A program made the position numbers and the translations under genes. The notes beneath the pieces are model-generated. The model searched no databases and was not told the origin of the DNA. It worked only from the letters and a program-made list of their open reading frames with translations. A stretch of DNA of 64,000 nucleotides from Candidatus Omnitrophota bacterium (GTDB lineage Bacteria; Omnitrophota; Gorgyraeia; JAGLLT01): NCBI GenBank assembly GCA_030632085.1, contig DAOVJY010000004.1, positions 16,000 through 79,999 on the forward strand. The letters are read 5' to 3'. Each line of letters begins with the position of its first letter. Within the stretch, counting starts at the first letter, position 1. Shown in pieces: positions 37,528 through 47,199 of this stretch.

Positions 37528-39015
37528 TTAGAAGGTTACTTTCATAGAACCACAAAGATGTGTAACAAGAGTATCATCAGCTCCAGCAATAATGGTGCTA
37601 GGATCTGTTTTGTAGTAACTACCGGGCCAGAACCAACCGGCTACTAAACCAAGCTGTACATCTTCAGTATAATCATAAGTCAAGCTGAGGTCTAATTCGT
37701 CACCAGCATGCCTATCGCGTCCACTCATAGGAGGTTCTACAAATTGAAAATACGCGTATTTAGCATCTAAATGGACATCATCGATATCCCAGTATGCTAA
37801 AGGTTCGATGTTACCAGATACTAAGATCTGATGCATGTTTCTATCAGCTGCTGTATCATAGGGATCCTGGCTGTTCCAGAAGTTACCGAAGTAACGGCCG
37901 TTCCAACCATAGATAAGTGTATCTGATTTTCTCATGAAAGGAGTCCAGAAATTACCCATCTCACCCTGCTCATGAGGAAAATTATTATAATCTTCACCTT
38001 CACGGAATGTGTAGCAAAGACCCAACTTAGGTACACCGGTAACATCGGCGAATAAATAATCACCACCGACTTCAGCACCCCATGAACTAATATCAACGCT
38101 CTTTACACCGATTACATTATTTTGAGCATCATAATCACGCATACCCCAGTCACCGAACTGGTAGGCAACTTCACCATAAAGATCTAAATTATCTATAGGA
38201 ACCATACTGCCTCTGGCACCAACTGTATGGCTTTCCTGACGAGGCATACTCTCTACGATTGCAGGATCAGAATTTAGACCACCCGCGCCTGGGCCTTGAT
38301 TGATAGTTGTAACTGTACCCATATCCTGTTGATTAAGACCTAAATAGTAAACTTCTAATTCTGAATCATAAGCATCAATTGGCGCGTTAAGGTTAACAAA
38401 CCAAAGGTCAAAATCATCTCTTGAGTTGTATTTGTTTTTTGCATTTGCGAAATTGCCAGCAACGTCAGTACCTTCGTCGATTTTAGAGTATACTAAGTCA
38501 ATAGTAAAATCTTCATAATCGAGTACAGCTTTAATCGCGTCAAACGCGTCGTACTGTGAAAGCTGAGCATATGTATAGATGCTGCCTTCAGGATCAATAA
38601 CGTTTGAACCAAGTACAAAACCTCTACCATAATAGAGAGGTTGACGGCCAACAGTAACTGTTAGCGGCTCATAAAGCATTTCCTGTAAAACAACATAAGC
38701 TTCAGCTATACCGATATCCATAGCAGCTGTGTCCGCGTCATCGTAATCCCAAATTCTCTGATTTACGAGTTTCAAACGAGCCGCTACATTATCAGTTAAG
38801 TCAGCGTCAAAGTTAAGACTTACGGTAGTTGCCCAGAGTGTTGAATCCGGGGAAGTATTGATACTAGTAGCATTATAGAAAAATGTATTGTACTGATCCC
38901 AAATACCGTATGTGTTAACGTCTCCGCTAACTCTTATTCTCTGTACTTCCGCGCTAGCAACTGTACCGATAGCCAGCACTAATACTAAAGCACACATAAG
39001 AGTAAACTTTTTCAT
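37528..39015 (-). CDS. Outer-membrane porin-like beta-barrel protein
   Basis: Signal peptide (..GTVASAEV), about 470-aa beta-rich Tyr/Gly/Asp-rich body, C-terminal ..MKVTF (terminal Phe); strong RBS AAGGAGGAAG. Confidence 0.6.
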   Translation of the reverse strand: MKKFTLMCALVLVLAIGTVASAEVQRIRVSGDVNTYGIWDQYNTFFYNATSINTSPDSTLWATTVSLNFDADLTDNVAARLKLVNQRIWDYDDADTAAMDIGIAEAYVVLQEMLYEPLTVTVGRQPLYYGRGFVLGSNVIDPEGSIYTYAQLSQYDAFDAIKAVLDYEDFTIDLVYSKIDEGTDVAGNFANAKNKYNSRDDFDLWFVNLNAPIDAYDSELEVYYLGLNQQDMGTVTTINQGPGAGGLNSDPAIVESMPRQESHTVGARGSMVPIDNLDLYGEVAYQFGDWGMRDYDAQNNVIGVKSVDISSWGAEVGGDYLFADVTGVPKLGLCYTFREGEDYNNFPHEQGEMGNFWTPFMRKSDTLIYGWNGRYFGNFWNSQDPYDTAADRNMHQILVSGNIEPLAYWDIDDVHLDAKYAYFQFVEPPMSGRDRHAGDELDLSLTYDYTEDVQLGLVAGWFWPGSYYKTDPSTIIAGADDTLVTHLCGSMKVTF

Positions 39016-39395
39016 TTACTTCCTCCTTAAACGTAGTTACATGTAAAATTAATTTATCAATCAACTAGAGCCTTTATTGCCCTAAGTGATATTTACTATT
39101 TATATGCTCATCATCATATAATGGTAACTTCTAGCGTTTAGAGTAGTTTTTATTTCTCCCCCCTTTCTTGCTATGGACTGAAGATACCTACGATGGTAAG
39201 GCCTGCGATACACCTTCTATACTTGAAAGCAATGATATCATATAAATACAAATTTGTCAAGATCCCTTAATTTTTTTTAATATAGCGTATTTTAAGGAGT
39301 TATATTAAATAGTAAGGCACTCCATAAACTAAAATGTTCGTTATTCACTCACATTTTTTGACGCTCATTCAGTGCCAAACTTTGCTTGCAAAGTT

Positions 39396-39472
39396 TGGCG
39401 CCCCAAGCAGGAGTCGAACCTGCGACACCAGGTTTAGGAAACCTGTGCTCTATCCATCTGAGCTATTGGGGC
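39396..39472 (-). tRNA. tRNA-Arg (anticodon CCU), CCA encoded
   Basis: Minus strand GCCCCAATAGCTCAGATGGATAGAGCACAGGTTTCCTAAACCTGGTGTCGCAGGTTCGACTCCTGCTTGGGGCGCCA; cloverleaf with GTTCGACTCC T-arm, anticodon loop TTCCTAA; followed by palindromic hairpin CCAAACTTTGCTTGCAAAGTTTGG. Confidence 0.9.
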
Positions 39473-39514
39473 AATTAATACCTATATAGACTATATATAC
39501 TTTATCCTAAATTA

Positions 39515-40753
39515 TCAAGACGCTCGCGGCTTTTTACTTTTTGTCTTGCCTGCAACTTGTGACTTACTTCTTGTGACTTGTGACTTTATACTTGCATCTT
39601 GTTTTTTGCTTTTTGTTTTTTTGCGGGCAGCTCTTAGCTTTTCATTTTTCACTTGTGACTTGTAACTTTGTACTTGTTTTTGTTCTTTTGTTCTTGCTTG
39701 TGACTTATGACTTATGACTTGTGACTTTATACTTGTGACTTGTGACTTACTTCTTGTAACTTTCTTTGATATCTTTTTTTTCTGAACTAATGATTTCTTT
39801 AAACTCTTTTTTGGTGTTGTTGTTTTTGTTTTAGGTTTTGTGCTCTTTTTACAAAGTGTACCTTTAAGATTCTTTTTATGAACCTTAATTACTTTTACAT
39901 TAGTCTTCTTCCCGGATTTTACTTTTGGTTTTTTAACTTCCAACTCCAAGCCTTCCTGAGCCGCCAAATAGAGTTTCAATTTTTTCATAGCGGCATTTTC
40001 TATTTGTCGAACACGCTCTCTGGTTACTCCGAATCTTTTAGCCGTCTCTCCCAGAGTATAACTTGTACCATCTTTAAGGCCAAATCTCAAATTCAATATT
40101 TCTTTCTCCCTTTCAGATATTAAATTTAATAAATTATCAACTCTTTCTTTTCTAAAAACCTTAGCTAATTCATCACTGGGAGAAATCATATTTTCATCTT
40201 CTATTAAATCCATAAACTGACCTGAACCATCCTCGCCTATCGGAGCGTCCAATGAACTTGCTTTTGAGGCAATTTCATCAATCTGTCTGACCTTTTCAAC
40301 ACTCATCTTCATTATGCGAGCAACTTCTTTTATATTGGCGGACCGGCCAAACTTGTGGGCGAGCTGTTCAGTGACTTTTCGCCAACGAGTTATTATTTCA
40401 GCCATATAAACGGGAATTCTTATGGTTTTACCTTGGTTAGCTATAGCCCGTGTAATATACTGCTTTATCCACCAGGAAGCATATGTACTAAAACGATAAC
40501 CTCTTTTTGGGTCAAATTTAGAAACCGCTTTCATTAATCCCAAGTTTCCTTCTTCAATCAAATCTGAGATGGAAACACCAAAATACTTATAGCGCTTAGC
40601 TATATTTATAACTAAGCGCAAATTAGATCGAATCATTTCAGCCCGCGCTTCTTTATCTCCCCTTTTTATTTTCTTAGCTAATTTTTGTTCTCTCTCGGGA
40701 GTAAGTAACGGAATGTCCTTTATGTCTTTTAAATACAGCCGTATTATATCCAT
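39515..40753 (-). CDS. rpoD: RpoD/SigA-like sigma-70 factor (regions 1.2-4.2, no region 1.1) with about 140-aa Lys-rich C-terminal tail encoded by heptamer repeats
   Basis: Region 2 (DLIEEGNLGLMKAVSKFDPKRGYRFSTYASWWIKQ), region 4 (TLGETAKRFGVTRERVRQIENAAMKKLK); tail KSQVTSIKSQVISHKSQ.. reads through (CTTGTGA)n array; extent of translated tail uncertain. Confidence 0.85.
   Translation of the reverse strand: MDIIRLYLKDIKDIPLLTPEREQKLAKKIKRGDKEARAEMIRSNLRLVINIAKRYKYFGVSISDLIEEGNLGLMKAVSKFDPKRGYRFSTYASWWIKQYITRAIANQGKTIRIPVYMAEIITRWRKVTEQLAHKFGRSANIKEVARIMKMSVEKVRQIDEIASKASSLDAPIGEDGSGQFMDLIEDENMISPSDELAKVFRKERVDNLLNLISEREKEILNLRFGLKDGTSYTLGETAKRFGVTRERVRQIENAAMKKLKLYLAAQEGLELEVKKPKVKSGKKTNVKVIKVHKKNLKGTLCKKSTKPKTKTTTPKKSLKKSLVQKKKISKKVTRSKSQVTSIKSQVISHKSQARTKEQKQVQSYKSQVKNEKLRAARKKTKSKKQDASIKSQVTRSKSQVAGKTKSKKPRAS
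39540..39770. repeat. Heptanucleotide array (CTTGTGA)n / CTCTTAGCT, opposite orientation to other loci, inside sigma-factor ORF 3' end
   Basis: ACTTGTGACTTACTTCTTGTGACTTGTGACTTTATACTTG...TTGTGACTTATGACTTATGACTTGTGACTTTATACTTGTGACTTGTGACTTAC. Confidence 0.8.
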
Positions 40754-40759
40754 ATAGGG

Positions 40760-43387
40760 TTATTTTCCTAACGCAGCTTGCGCGGCTGCAACTTTAGCTA
40801 TTGGTATTCTATATGGAGAACAACTCACGTATGAAAGGCCTACCTTGTGGCAAAAGTTTACGCTCTTAGGTTCGCCGCCGTGCTCTCCGCAAATACCTGT
40901 TTTAAGATGTTTATTTTTCTTTCTTCCTAAAGCAACCGCTGTTTCAATTAGCTTACCTATACCGGCTATATCCAAAACCTGGAACGGATCATAGTCATAA
41001 ATGCCCATAGAAACATACTCAGGTAAAAATTTGCCCGCGTCATCTCTGGAAAAACCGCAACCCATTTGGGTTAAATCGTTAGTTCCAAAAGAAAAAAAGT
41101 CAGCATACTCAGCAATTTCATCCGCGGTAATTGCGGCGCGAGGAACCTCAATCATAGTTCCTATCTGATAAGCAATCTTTTTCTTTCTTTGCTTAAAGAC
41201 ATTAGCGATAACTACATCCGCTCTTTCTCTGGCTATTTTAAGCTCCATGTAATGGCCCACCAAGGGTATCATTATTTCAGGTTGAACCTTAATGCCCTTA
41301 CCGCTGACGTTAAGGGCGGCTTCAATTATTGCTTGCACCTGCATATCGGATATCTCAGGATAAATTAATCCCAAGCGGCATCCTCTATGGCCAAGCATAG
41401 GGTTAAATTCTTTTAAAGACTCGATCTTGTCCTGAATTTTTGAAACCGAAATCTTCATTACCTTTGACATCTCCTTCTGTCCGGCCGCGTCATGAGGTAA
41501 AAACTCATGCAAAGGCGGATCAAGCAGTCTCACCGTGCAAGGCCTTCCCTTGAGAGCTCTGAATATACCTTCAAAATCTTTTCTTTGAATTGGAAGAAGT
41601 TTGGCTAACGCTTTTTCTCTACCTGCTTTATCGTCAGCTAAAATCATCTGACGAAAAGCGACAATTCTATTCCCCTCAAAAAACATATGTTCAGTTCTGC
41701 AAAGGCCTATACCCTCCGCGCCAAACTTAACGGCAACCTTGGTATCGTGCGGTGTATCAGCATTAGTTCTAACTCCAAGTTTTCTATACTTATCCGCCCA
41801 TTTCATAATCGTAGTAAAATCACCCGATAGGGTTGATTCAACAGTGTCAATTTTACCTATATATACATTGCCCAGCGAACCATTTAATGAAATCCAATCG
41901 CCCTCTTTCACTGTTATATTGCCAACTTTAAATTTCTTAGTTTTGTAATCAATTTTAATATCTCCCGCGCCCGCGACGCAGCACTTACCCATTCCTCGAG
42001 CTACAACAGCGGCATGCGACGTCATACCGCCTCTGGACGTCAGGATACCCTTAGCCGCGTCCATGCCTCCGATATCTTCCGGAGAAGTCTCAATTCTACA
42101 TAAAATAACATCCTTCTTATCCGTTGCCAATCTCTCCGCCTTTTCCGCGCTAAAGACCACTTCACCGCAAGCGGCTCCGGGAGATGCCGGTAAGCCTTTA
42201 GCAATAGGCTTTTTGGCTTTTTCAGCTTTAGGATCAAACATAGGATGCAAAAGTTGGTCCAACTGCTGAGGGTCCATTCTTAATAAAGCGGTTTTTTCAT
42301 CTATCAGTTTTTCTTTTACCATATCAGCAGCTGTCTTAAGCGCGGCTGCCGCCGTTCTTTTTCCGCTTCTGGTTTGAAGCATATAAAGTTTGCCTTCCTG
42401 AATAGTAAATTCAAAATCCTGCATATCTTTATAGTGCCACTCTAACCTTTTTCTAATGTCCATTAGCTGCTTAAAAACTTTCGCGTTAACTTTTTTAAGT
42501 GTCTCAATATGCAATGGAGTTCTAATCCCGGCTACAACATCCTCTCCCTGGGCATTCATTAGATACTCACCGTAAAACACATTCTTGCCGGTTGACGGAT
42601 CTCTTGTAAAAGCAACTCCCGTACCGGAAGTATCCCCCATATTACCAAAAACCATAGCCTGAACATTTACGGCCGTACCCATAAGGCCTCTAATGTCATT
42701 TATCTTACGGTACTTTATAGCTCTCTCGTTATTCCAAGAGCTGAATACAGCGTCTATTGAATATTTGAGTTGAGTTTTAGGGTCGGTTGGAAAATTCTTT
42801 TTTGTAACTTTCTTATAAATCTTCATATATCGCCCTACAACCTCCTGAAGCATGCCGGCATCTAAATCTGTATCGCTTTTAACTTTGCATTTCTTTTTGA
42901 CAGCCTCCAGCTCATGCTCAAAGAATTCGTGTTTTACGCCCATTACAACATCGCCAAACATTTGTATGAATCTTCTATACGAATCCCAGGCAAATCTTTC
43001 ATTGCCGGTTTTATCAATCAGAATATTAATAACATCCGGATTCATGCCTAAGTTTAAAACCGTATCCATCATACCGGGCATAGAAACAGCAGCCCCCGAC
43101 CTAACAGATACTAATAAGGGATTTTTATTATCTCCAAACTTAGCTCCCATGTCTTTTTCAAGCCTTTTGATTCCTAAGTCAACTTGTTTCTCTAATCCTG
43201 CCGGCCACTTCTCTCCTGATTTGTAAAATTGATTGCAAGCCTCGGTAGTTATAGTAAAACCCGGAGGTACCGGCAAATCTATATTTATCATTTCTGCCAG
43301 GTTGGCTCCCTTGCCACCCAGAAGATTTTTCATTTGAGTCTTTCCTTCCGCTTTTCCCGATCCAAAGCTGTAGATAAACTTTTGCAT
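40760..43387 (-). CDS. ppdK: Pyruvate, phosphate dikinase
   Basis: 875 aa; N-terminal GGKGANLAEM, phosphohistidine domain (GGMTSHAAVVARGMG), PEP-utilizing C-terminal TIM barrel. Confidence 0.95.
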   Translation of the reverse strand: MQKFIYSFGSGKAEGKTQMKNLLGGKGANLAEMINIDLPVPPGFTITTEACNQFYKSGEKWPAGLEKQVDLGIKRLEKDMGAKFGDNKNPLLVSVRSGAAVSMPGMMDTVLNLGMNPDVINILIDKTGNERFAWDSYRRFIQMFGDVVMGVKHEFFEHELEAVKKKCKVKSDTDLDAGMLQEVVGRYMKIYKKVTKKNFPTDPKTQLKYSIDAVFSSWNNERAIKYRKINDIRGLMGTAVNVQAMVFGNMGDTSGTGVAFTRDPSTGKNVFYGEYLMNAQGEDVVAGIRTPLHIETLKKVNAKVFKQLMDIRKRLEWHYKDMQDFEFTIQEGKLYMLQTRSGKRTAAAALKTAADMVKEKLIDEKTALLRMDPQQLDQLLHPMFDPKAEKAKKPIAKGLPASPGAACGEVVFSAEKAERLATDKKDVILCRIETSPEDIGGMDAAKGILTSRGGMTSHAAVVARGMGKCCVAGAGDIKIDYKTKKFKVGNITVKEGDWISLNGSLGNVYIGKIDTVESTLSGDFTTIMKWADKYRKLGVRTNADTPHDTKVAVKFGAEGIGLCRTEHMFFEGNRIVAFRQMILADDKAGREKALAKLLPIQRKDFEGIFRALKGRPCTVRLLDPPLHEFLPHDAAGQKEMSKVMKISVSKIQDKIESLKEFNPMLGHRGCRLGLIYPEISDMQVQAIIEAALNVSGKGIKVQPEIMIPLVGHYMELKIARERADVVIANVFKQRKKKIAYQIGTMIEVPRAAITADEIAEYADFFSFGTNDLTQMGCGFSRDDAGKFLPEYVSMGIYDYDPFQVLDIAGIGKLIETAVALGRKKNKHLKTGICGEHGGEPKSVNFCHKVGLSYVSCSPYRIPIAKVAAAQAALGK

Positions 43388-43411
43388 TACTTCACTCCCT
43401 TTGTTTTGAAA

Positions 43412-45532
43412 TTAATTTTGATTGATTGAAATTCTAGATAAATCCGCTATATTAGCAGCGTACAGTTGATTAATATTTTTCATAAGGGATAGGCGATTAT
43501 TCCGTATTTTGATATTATCAACGTTGACCATTATTTTCTCAAAGAAAACATGCACCGGTTGGCTAAACGCGCTAACATATTTCTCTGTAGCTTGAATATA
43601 CTTCTTTTTATTAATTAAAGCAAGAATATCTTTATTACTTTTTTCGAATATATCCCATAGCTGCTTTTCCAGGTCTTCCTTGAATAATTTCCGACTAACA
43701 CTCGGTAGATCCCTTGACACATTCTTTAATATATTACTGGTGCGTTCAACTATCTTAGAACATTCAAAGAAATCTTTCGACTGCCTTATTTTTTTCAGCT
43801 GATTGATTCTCTCAACGATATCTACGTAATTGTCACAATTAGCCATAATAACCGACTCAATCAATTCACTTTCAATTTCATCCTGAGATAGAAGTTGCCT
43901 AAGCCTCAAATTAAGAAAATCAATTATCTTGGCTTTTAATTCAAATGCCTTTGTCCGATTATTTACAGATATAAGTGAAATACTTTTATCTATAAGTAAA
44001 TTCATAGATATAGACATCTTTTTATTTAATATAATACGCACAACCCCAAGAGCGCTGCGCCTAAGAGCATATGGATCATAACTGCCGGAGGGCAGTAAAC
44101 CCACGCTAAAATAAGCTGTTATATTATCTAATTTATCAGCTAAACTTACTATGGAGCCGGTTATGCTCCCGGGTATATTATCATCTTGCGACTTAGGTTG
44201 GTAATGCTCCAGTATACCTTCCGAAACCAAAGGCTCTTCCTTGAATTTTAAAGCATATCTACTTCCAATAATCCCCTGCAAAGCGGGAAACTCTCTAACC
44301 ATATCAGTAACTAAGTCAGCCTTCACCAGATAGGCGCATCGCCTGACTTTATCTGTTTTATTTTTATCTAAACCCAAATGACGCGCGATAAAATCAGAAA
44401 TATTTATAAGTCTTTCCGTTTTATCGTACATGCTGCCTAAGTCTTTCTGAAAGATAATATTTTTTAATTTATCAACTTTTTTAGCCAGAGGTTCTCTTGT
44501 GTCCCGGCTCAAAAAGAATTCGGCATCTTTCAGCTTAGCCTCTAAAACTTTTTCGTAATTCTCGCAAATATTTTTAGCAACTTCTCTTGATACCTTATTA
44601 TCAATAACCGCTAAGAAAACCGGCATAACTTTACTACTCTTATCTTTAACAGCAAATAGCTTCTGTCCTTTTTTCATACTGGTAATAAGCACTTCTCCGG
44701 GAATTGATAAATATTTCTTATTAAACGAACCGGCAATAAATCCGGGACACTCACAAAGATTAGTTAGTTCATCTAATAAATCAACGTCATGCGCAAGCTC
44801 TCCTTTATATTTCGCCGCCAGAGAAGTTACAGCTTTTTCTATCTTTTGTTTTCTTGAATGAAAATCCAACTCAACATAATTTCTCTTTAAATAGGAAAAA
44901 TAATCTTTTTCATTTTTTACTTTGTGGGCTTTTGGAGATAAGATCTGATGACCGTAAGTTACATTAGACGTCTTTAATCCGGCCAACTCAAAGACTAAAG
45001 GTTTTTGTTTCCATAAAACCATAATCCATCTAATCGGCCTAATAAAGGAATAACCTTTATTCCAACGCATATTCTTGTCGCAATTAATAGAAGCTATCAG
45101 CTCTTTTATAAAATTAGGCAGGATATCGGAAACCTTACTTGCTTGTTCTTTTTTTACACCAAAGACATAATCGCCTTGAGAAGTTTTTTTAATGAGTATA
45201 TCTATTTGTTTTATACCTGTCTTATTTAAAAAACCCAGCAGAGCTCTTGTGGGCTTATTATTATCATCATACGCAATTTCTTTTGAAGGGCCTCTTATCT
45301 CCACTTCTTTAGCCTGCTGTAAGTCATCTACGTTCTTAATATAAATAGTTAATCTTCTGTAAGTATCATGGGTCTCAATTTCGCCATAAGTTATATTATA
45401 AGCCTTAAGTAATTCCTGAGCATTTTTTTTCAGTTGCTTTATTGCCGAATATATAAAACCGGCCGGTAACGGCTCTGTGCCTACTTCAAGTAAGATATTA
45501 TTTATGTTATTTTTATTTGCCATTTTTCTCAT
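43412..45532 (-). CDS. glyS: Glycyl-tRNA synthetase beta subunit
   Basis: 706 aa, conserved GlyS blocks; overlaps glyQ by 20 nt. Confidence 0.95.
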   Translation of the reverse strand: MRKMANKNNINNILLEVGTEPLPAGFIYSAIKQLKKNAQELLKAYNITYGEIETHDTYRRLTIYIKNVDDLQQAKEVEIRGPSKEIAYDDNNKPTRALLGFLNKTGIKQIDILIKKTSQGDYVFGVKKEQASKVSDILPNFIKELIASINCDKNMRWNKGYSFIRPIRWIMVLWKQKPLVFELAGLKTSNVTYGHQILSPKAHKVKNEKDYFSYLKRNYVELDFHSRKQKIEKAVTSLAAKYKGELAHDVDLLDELTNLCECPGFIAGSFNKKYLSIPGEVLITSMKKGQKLFAVKDKSSKVMPVFLAVIDNKVSREVAKNICENYEKVLEAKLKDAEFFLSRDTREPLAKKVDKLKNIIFQKDLGSMYDKTERLINISDFIARHLGLDKNKTDKVRRCAYLVKADLVTDMVREFPALQGIIGSRYALKFKEEPLVSEGILEHYQPKSQDDNIPGSITGSIVSLADKLDNITAYFSVGLLPSGSYDPYALRRSALGVVRIILNKKMSISMNLLIDKSISLISVNNRTKAFELKAKIIDFLNLRLRQLLSQDEIESELIESVIMANCDNYVDIVERINQLKKIRQSKDFFECSKIVERTSNILKNVSRDLPSVSRKLFKEDLEKQLWDIFEKSNKDILALINKKKYIQATEKYVSAFSQPVHVFFEKIMVNVDNIKIRNNRLSLMKNINQLYAANIADLSRISINQN

Positions 45533-46364
45533 AATACATTTGCGCGCACTTATTAGCCAAGCGTCTTACACGAGCAATAAAGGTTGGGCGCTCACTTTGG
45601 CTTATTGCTTTTCTCGCGTCAAGCACATTAAATATATGTGAAACTTTTAAGGTGCATTCATAAGCGGGAATTATCAATTCTTCTTCAATCAGTTTCGCGG
45701 CCTCTCCCTCATAAAGCTCGAATAAATTAAGATACATATCTATATCAGCTTTTTCAAAATTATAAACACAGCTTTCCTTTTCTCTGTCTTTTTGCAGGTC
45801 ACCATACATAACCCCATCAGCCCAAACTAAATCAAATAAATCATACTTGCCCTGCAAAACCATAGCTATGCGCTCCAAGCCGTATGTTAGCTCACAAGCC
45901 ACATCCTTTAATTCCACTCCGCCCATCTGCTGCATATAGGTAAACTGAGTGATTTCTAATCCATCAAGCCATATCTCCCATCCCAATCCTTTAGCACCTA
46001 AAGTAGGAGATGCCCAATCATCTTCAATGAATTTGAAATCATGCTTTTTCAGGTTTATACCGATATACTCAAGGCTATCCTGATAAAGCTTCTTTACATC
46101 ATCCGGGGAAGGTTTCAATATAACCTGGTATTGATAATAGAATTGAGTGCGCAAAGGATTATCCCCATAACGTCCATCAGTCGGCCTTCTTGAGGGCTGC
46201 ACAAAGGCTGTATTCCATTTATTCTTATCAAGACACTTTAAGAATGTAGCCGTGTGAAACGTCCCCGCTCCAACTTCGATATCATAGGGATATACAATTA
46301 CACAACCTTTGCTTTTCCAATATGTTTCCAACTTTGAAATTAAATCTTGAAAGTTCATTATCAT
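45513..46364 (-). CDS. glyQ: Glycyl-tRNA synthetase alpha subunit
   Basis: FQDLISKLETYW, GAGTFHTATFL, highly conserved GlyQ. Confidence 0.96.
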   Translation of the reverse strand: MIMNFQDLISKLETYWKSKGCVIVYPYDIEVGAGTFHTATFLKCLDKNKWNTAFVQPSRRPTDGRYGDNPLRTQFYYQYQVILKPSPDDVKKLYQDSLEYIGINLKKHDFKFIEDDWASPTLGAKGLGWEIWLDGLEITQFTYMQQMGGVELKDVACELTYGLERIAMVLQGKYDLFDLVWADGVMYGDLQKDREKESCVYNFEKADIDMYLNLFELYEGEAAKLIEEELIIPAYECTLKVSHIFNVLDARKAISQSERPTFIARVRRLANKCAQMYYEKNGK

Positions 46365-46443
46365 TTTTTTAGTTTAATTAGCATATTCTAACACATCAAT
46401 ATTTACGTGGCAATAGCTTTTATGCATTTATAGAGTATAAATC

Positions 46444-47190
46444 CTATACAATCATGTCAATAAAAGTTCTTGAGCGAATATTTTTGTCAATATGGAATTT
46501 GATAAAATCATCTAATATACGGCTTAACTGCCCTTTTACTCTATTGGTCATATTTAAACGCCAGACACTGTCAAAATTAGATTTCTCGATGTGGAGCATG
46601 GAAGCCAGTGTTCCTTTAAATATATCGTGCGACAAACTATCTTTATTGAAACACTTATAACAAATTAAGCCACCGAATTTAGTGCTGAATTTCGCCTTTT
46701 GCTCTATGGAGCTACCACAAGATATACAAAAATCAATGCGGGGTTTAAATCCCGACAGAATTAATGTTTTAACTTCATAAATACTTTTAACCGGTGCCGG
46801 CCTCTTTAGCACTTTTAAAGCCTTAAGGCTTTCATAAATTAACTCAAAAAGCTCATTGTTGTTATCTTCAATTTGCGTTACCGCGTCTAATAAATCAATA
46901 AAATATAACGCGTGCACCAGACGCTCATAGTCAGTTCTAATTTCAAAAAAATAATCAATCAAATCACATTGGCTAATGGTGTAAAGGCCGCCTCTTTTCT
47001 TCTTATAAAAAACAACTTCACAAAGCGTAAATGGTTCAAGAAAGTTGACCGACTTATTTTGAATACCCCGGACACCTTTCATAACTCCACTTATTTTCCC
47101 GAAGTCTTTAGTATAAAGTGTAACTAAAACAGAGGTTTCACGCAGCTTTTGACGCTTTAAAACAATAGCTTGAGATTTTTCTATAGACAT
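46444..47190 (-). CDS. recO: DNA repair protein RecO
   Basis: N-terminal OB fold (AIVLKRQKLRETSVLVTLYTKDFGKI), C-terminal zinc motif CISCGSS..CYKC. Confidence 0.9.
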   Translation of the reverse strand: MSIEKSQAIVLKRQKLRETSVLVTLYTKDFGKISGVMKGVRGIQNKSVNFLEPFTLCEVVFYKKKRGGLYTISQCDLIDYFFEIRTDYERLVHALYFIDLLDAVTQIEDNNNELFELIYESLKALKVLKRPAPVKSIYEVKTLILSGFKPRIDFCISCGSSIEQKAKFSTKFGGLICYKCFNKDSLSHDIFKGTLASMLHIEKSNFDSVWRLNMTNRVKGQLSRILDDFIKFHIDKNIRSRTFIDMIV

Positions 47191-47199
47191 ATTATTGAA

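Noticed and set aside
35600-39770. Heptamer and AATAACCAA repeat arrays as CRISPR arrays
   Set aside because: Units are 7-11 bp with no unique spacers of 25-40 bp and no cas genes nearby, so they are tandem or dispersed simple repeats, not CRISPR.
42852-43226. 124-aa plus-strand ORF, and other internal ORFs 41739-42269
   Set aside because: They are antisense to ppdK.
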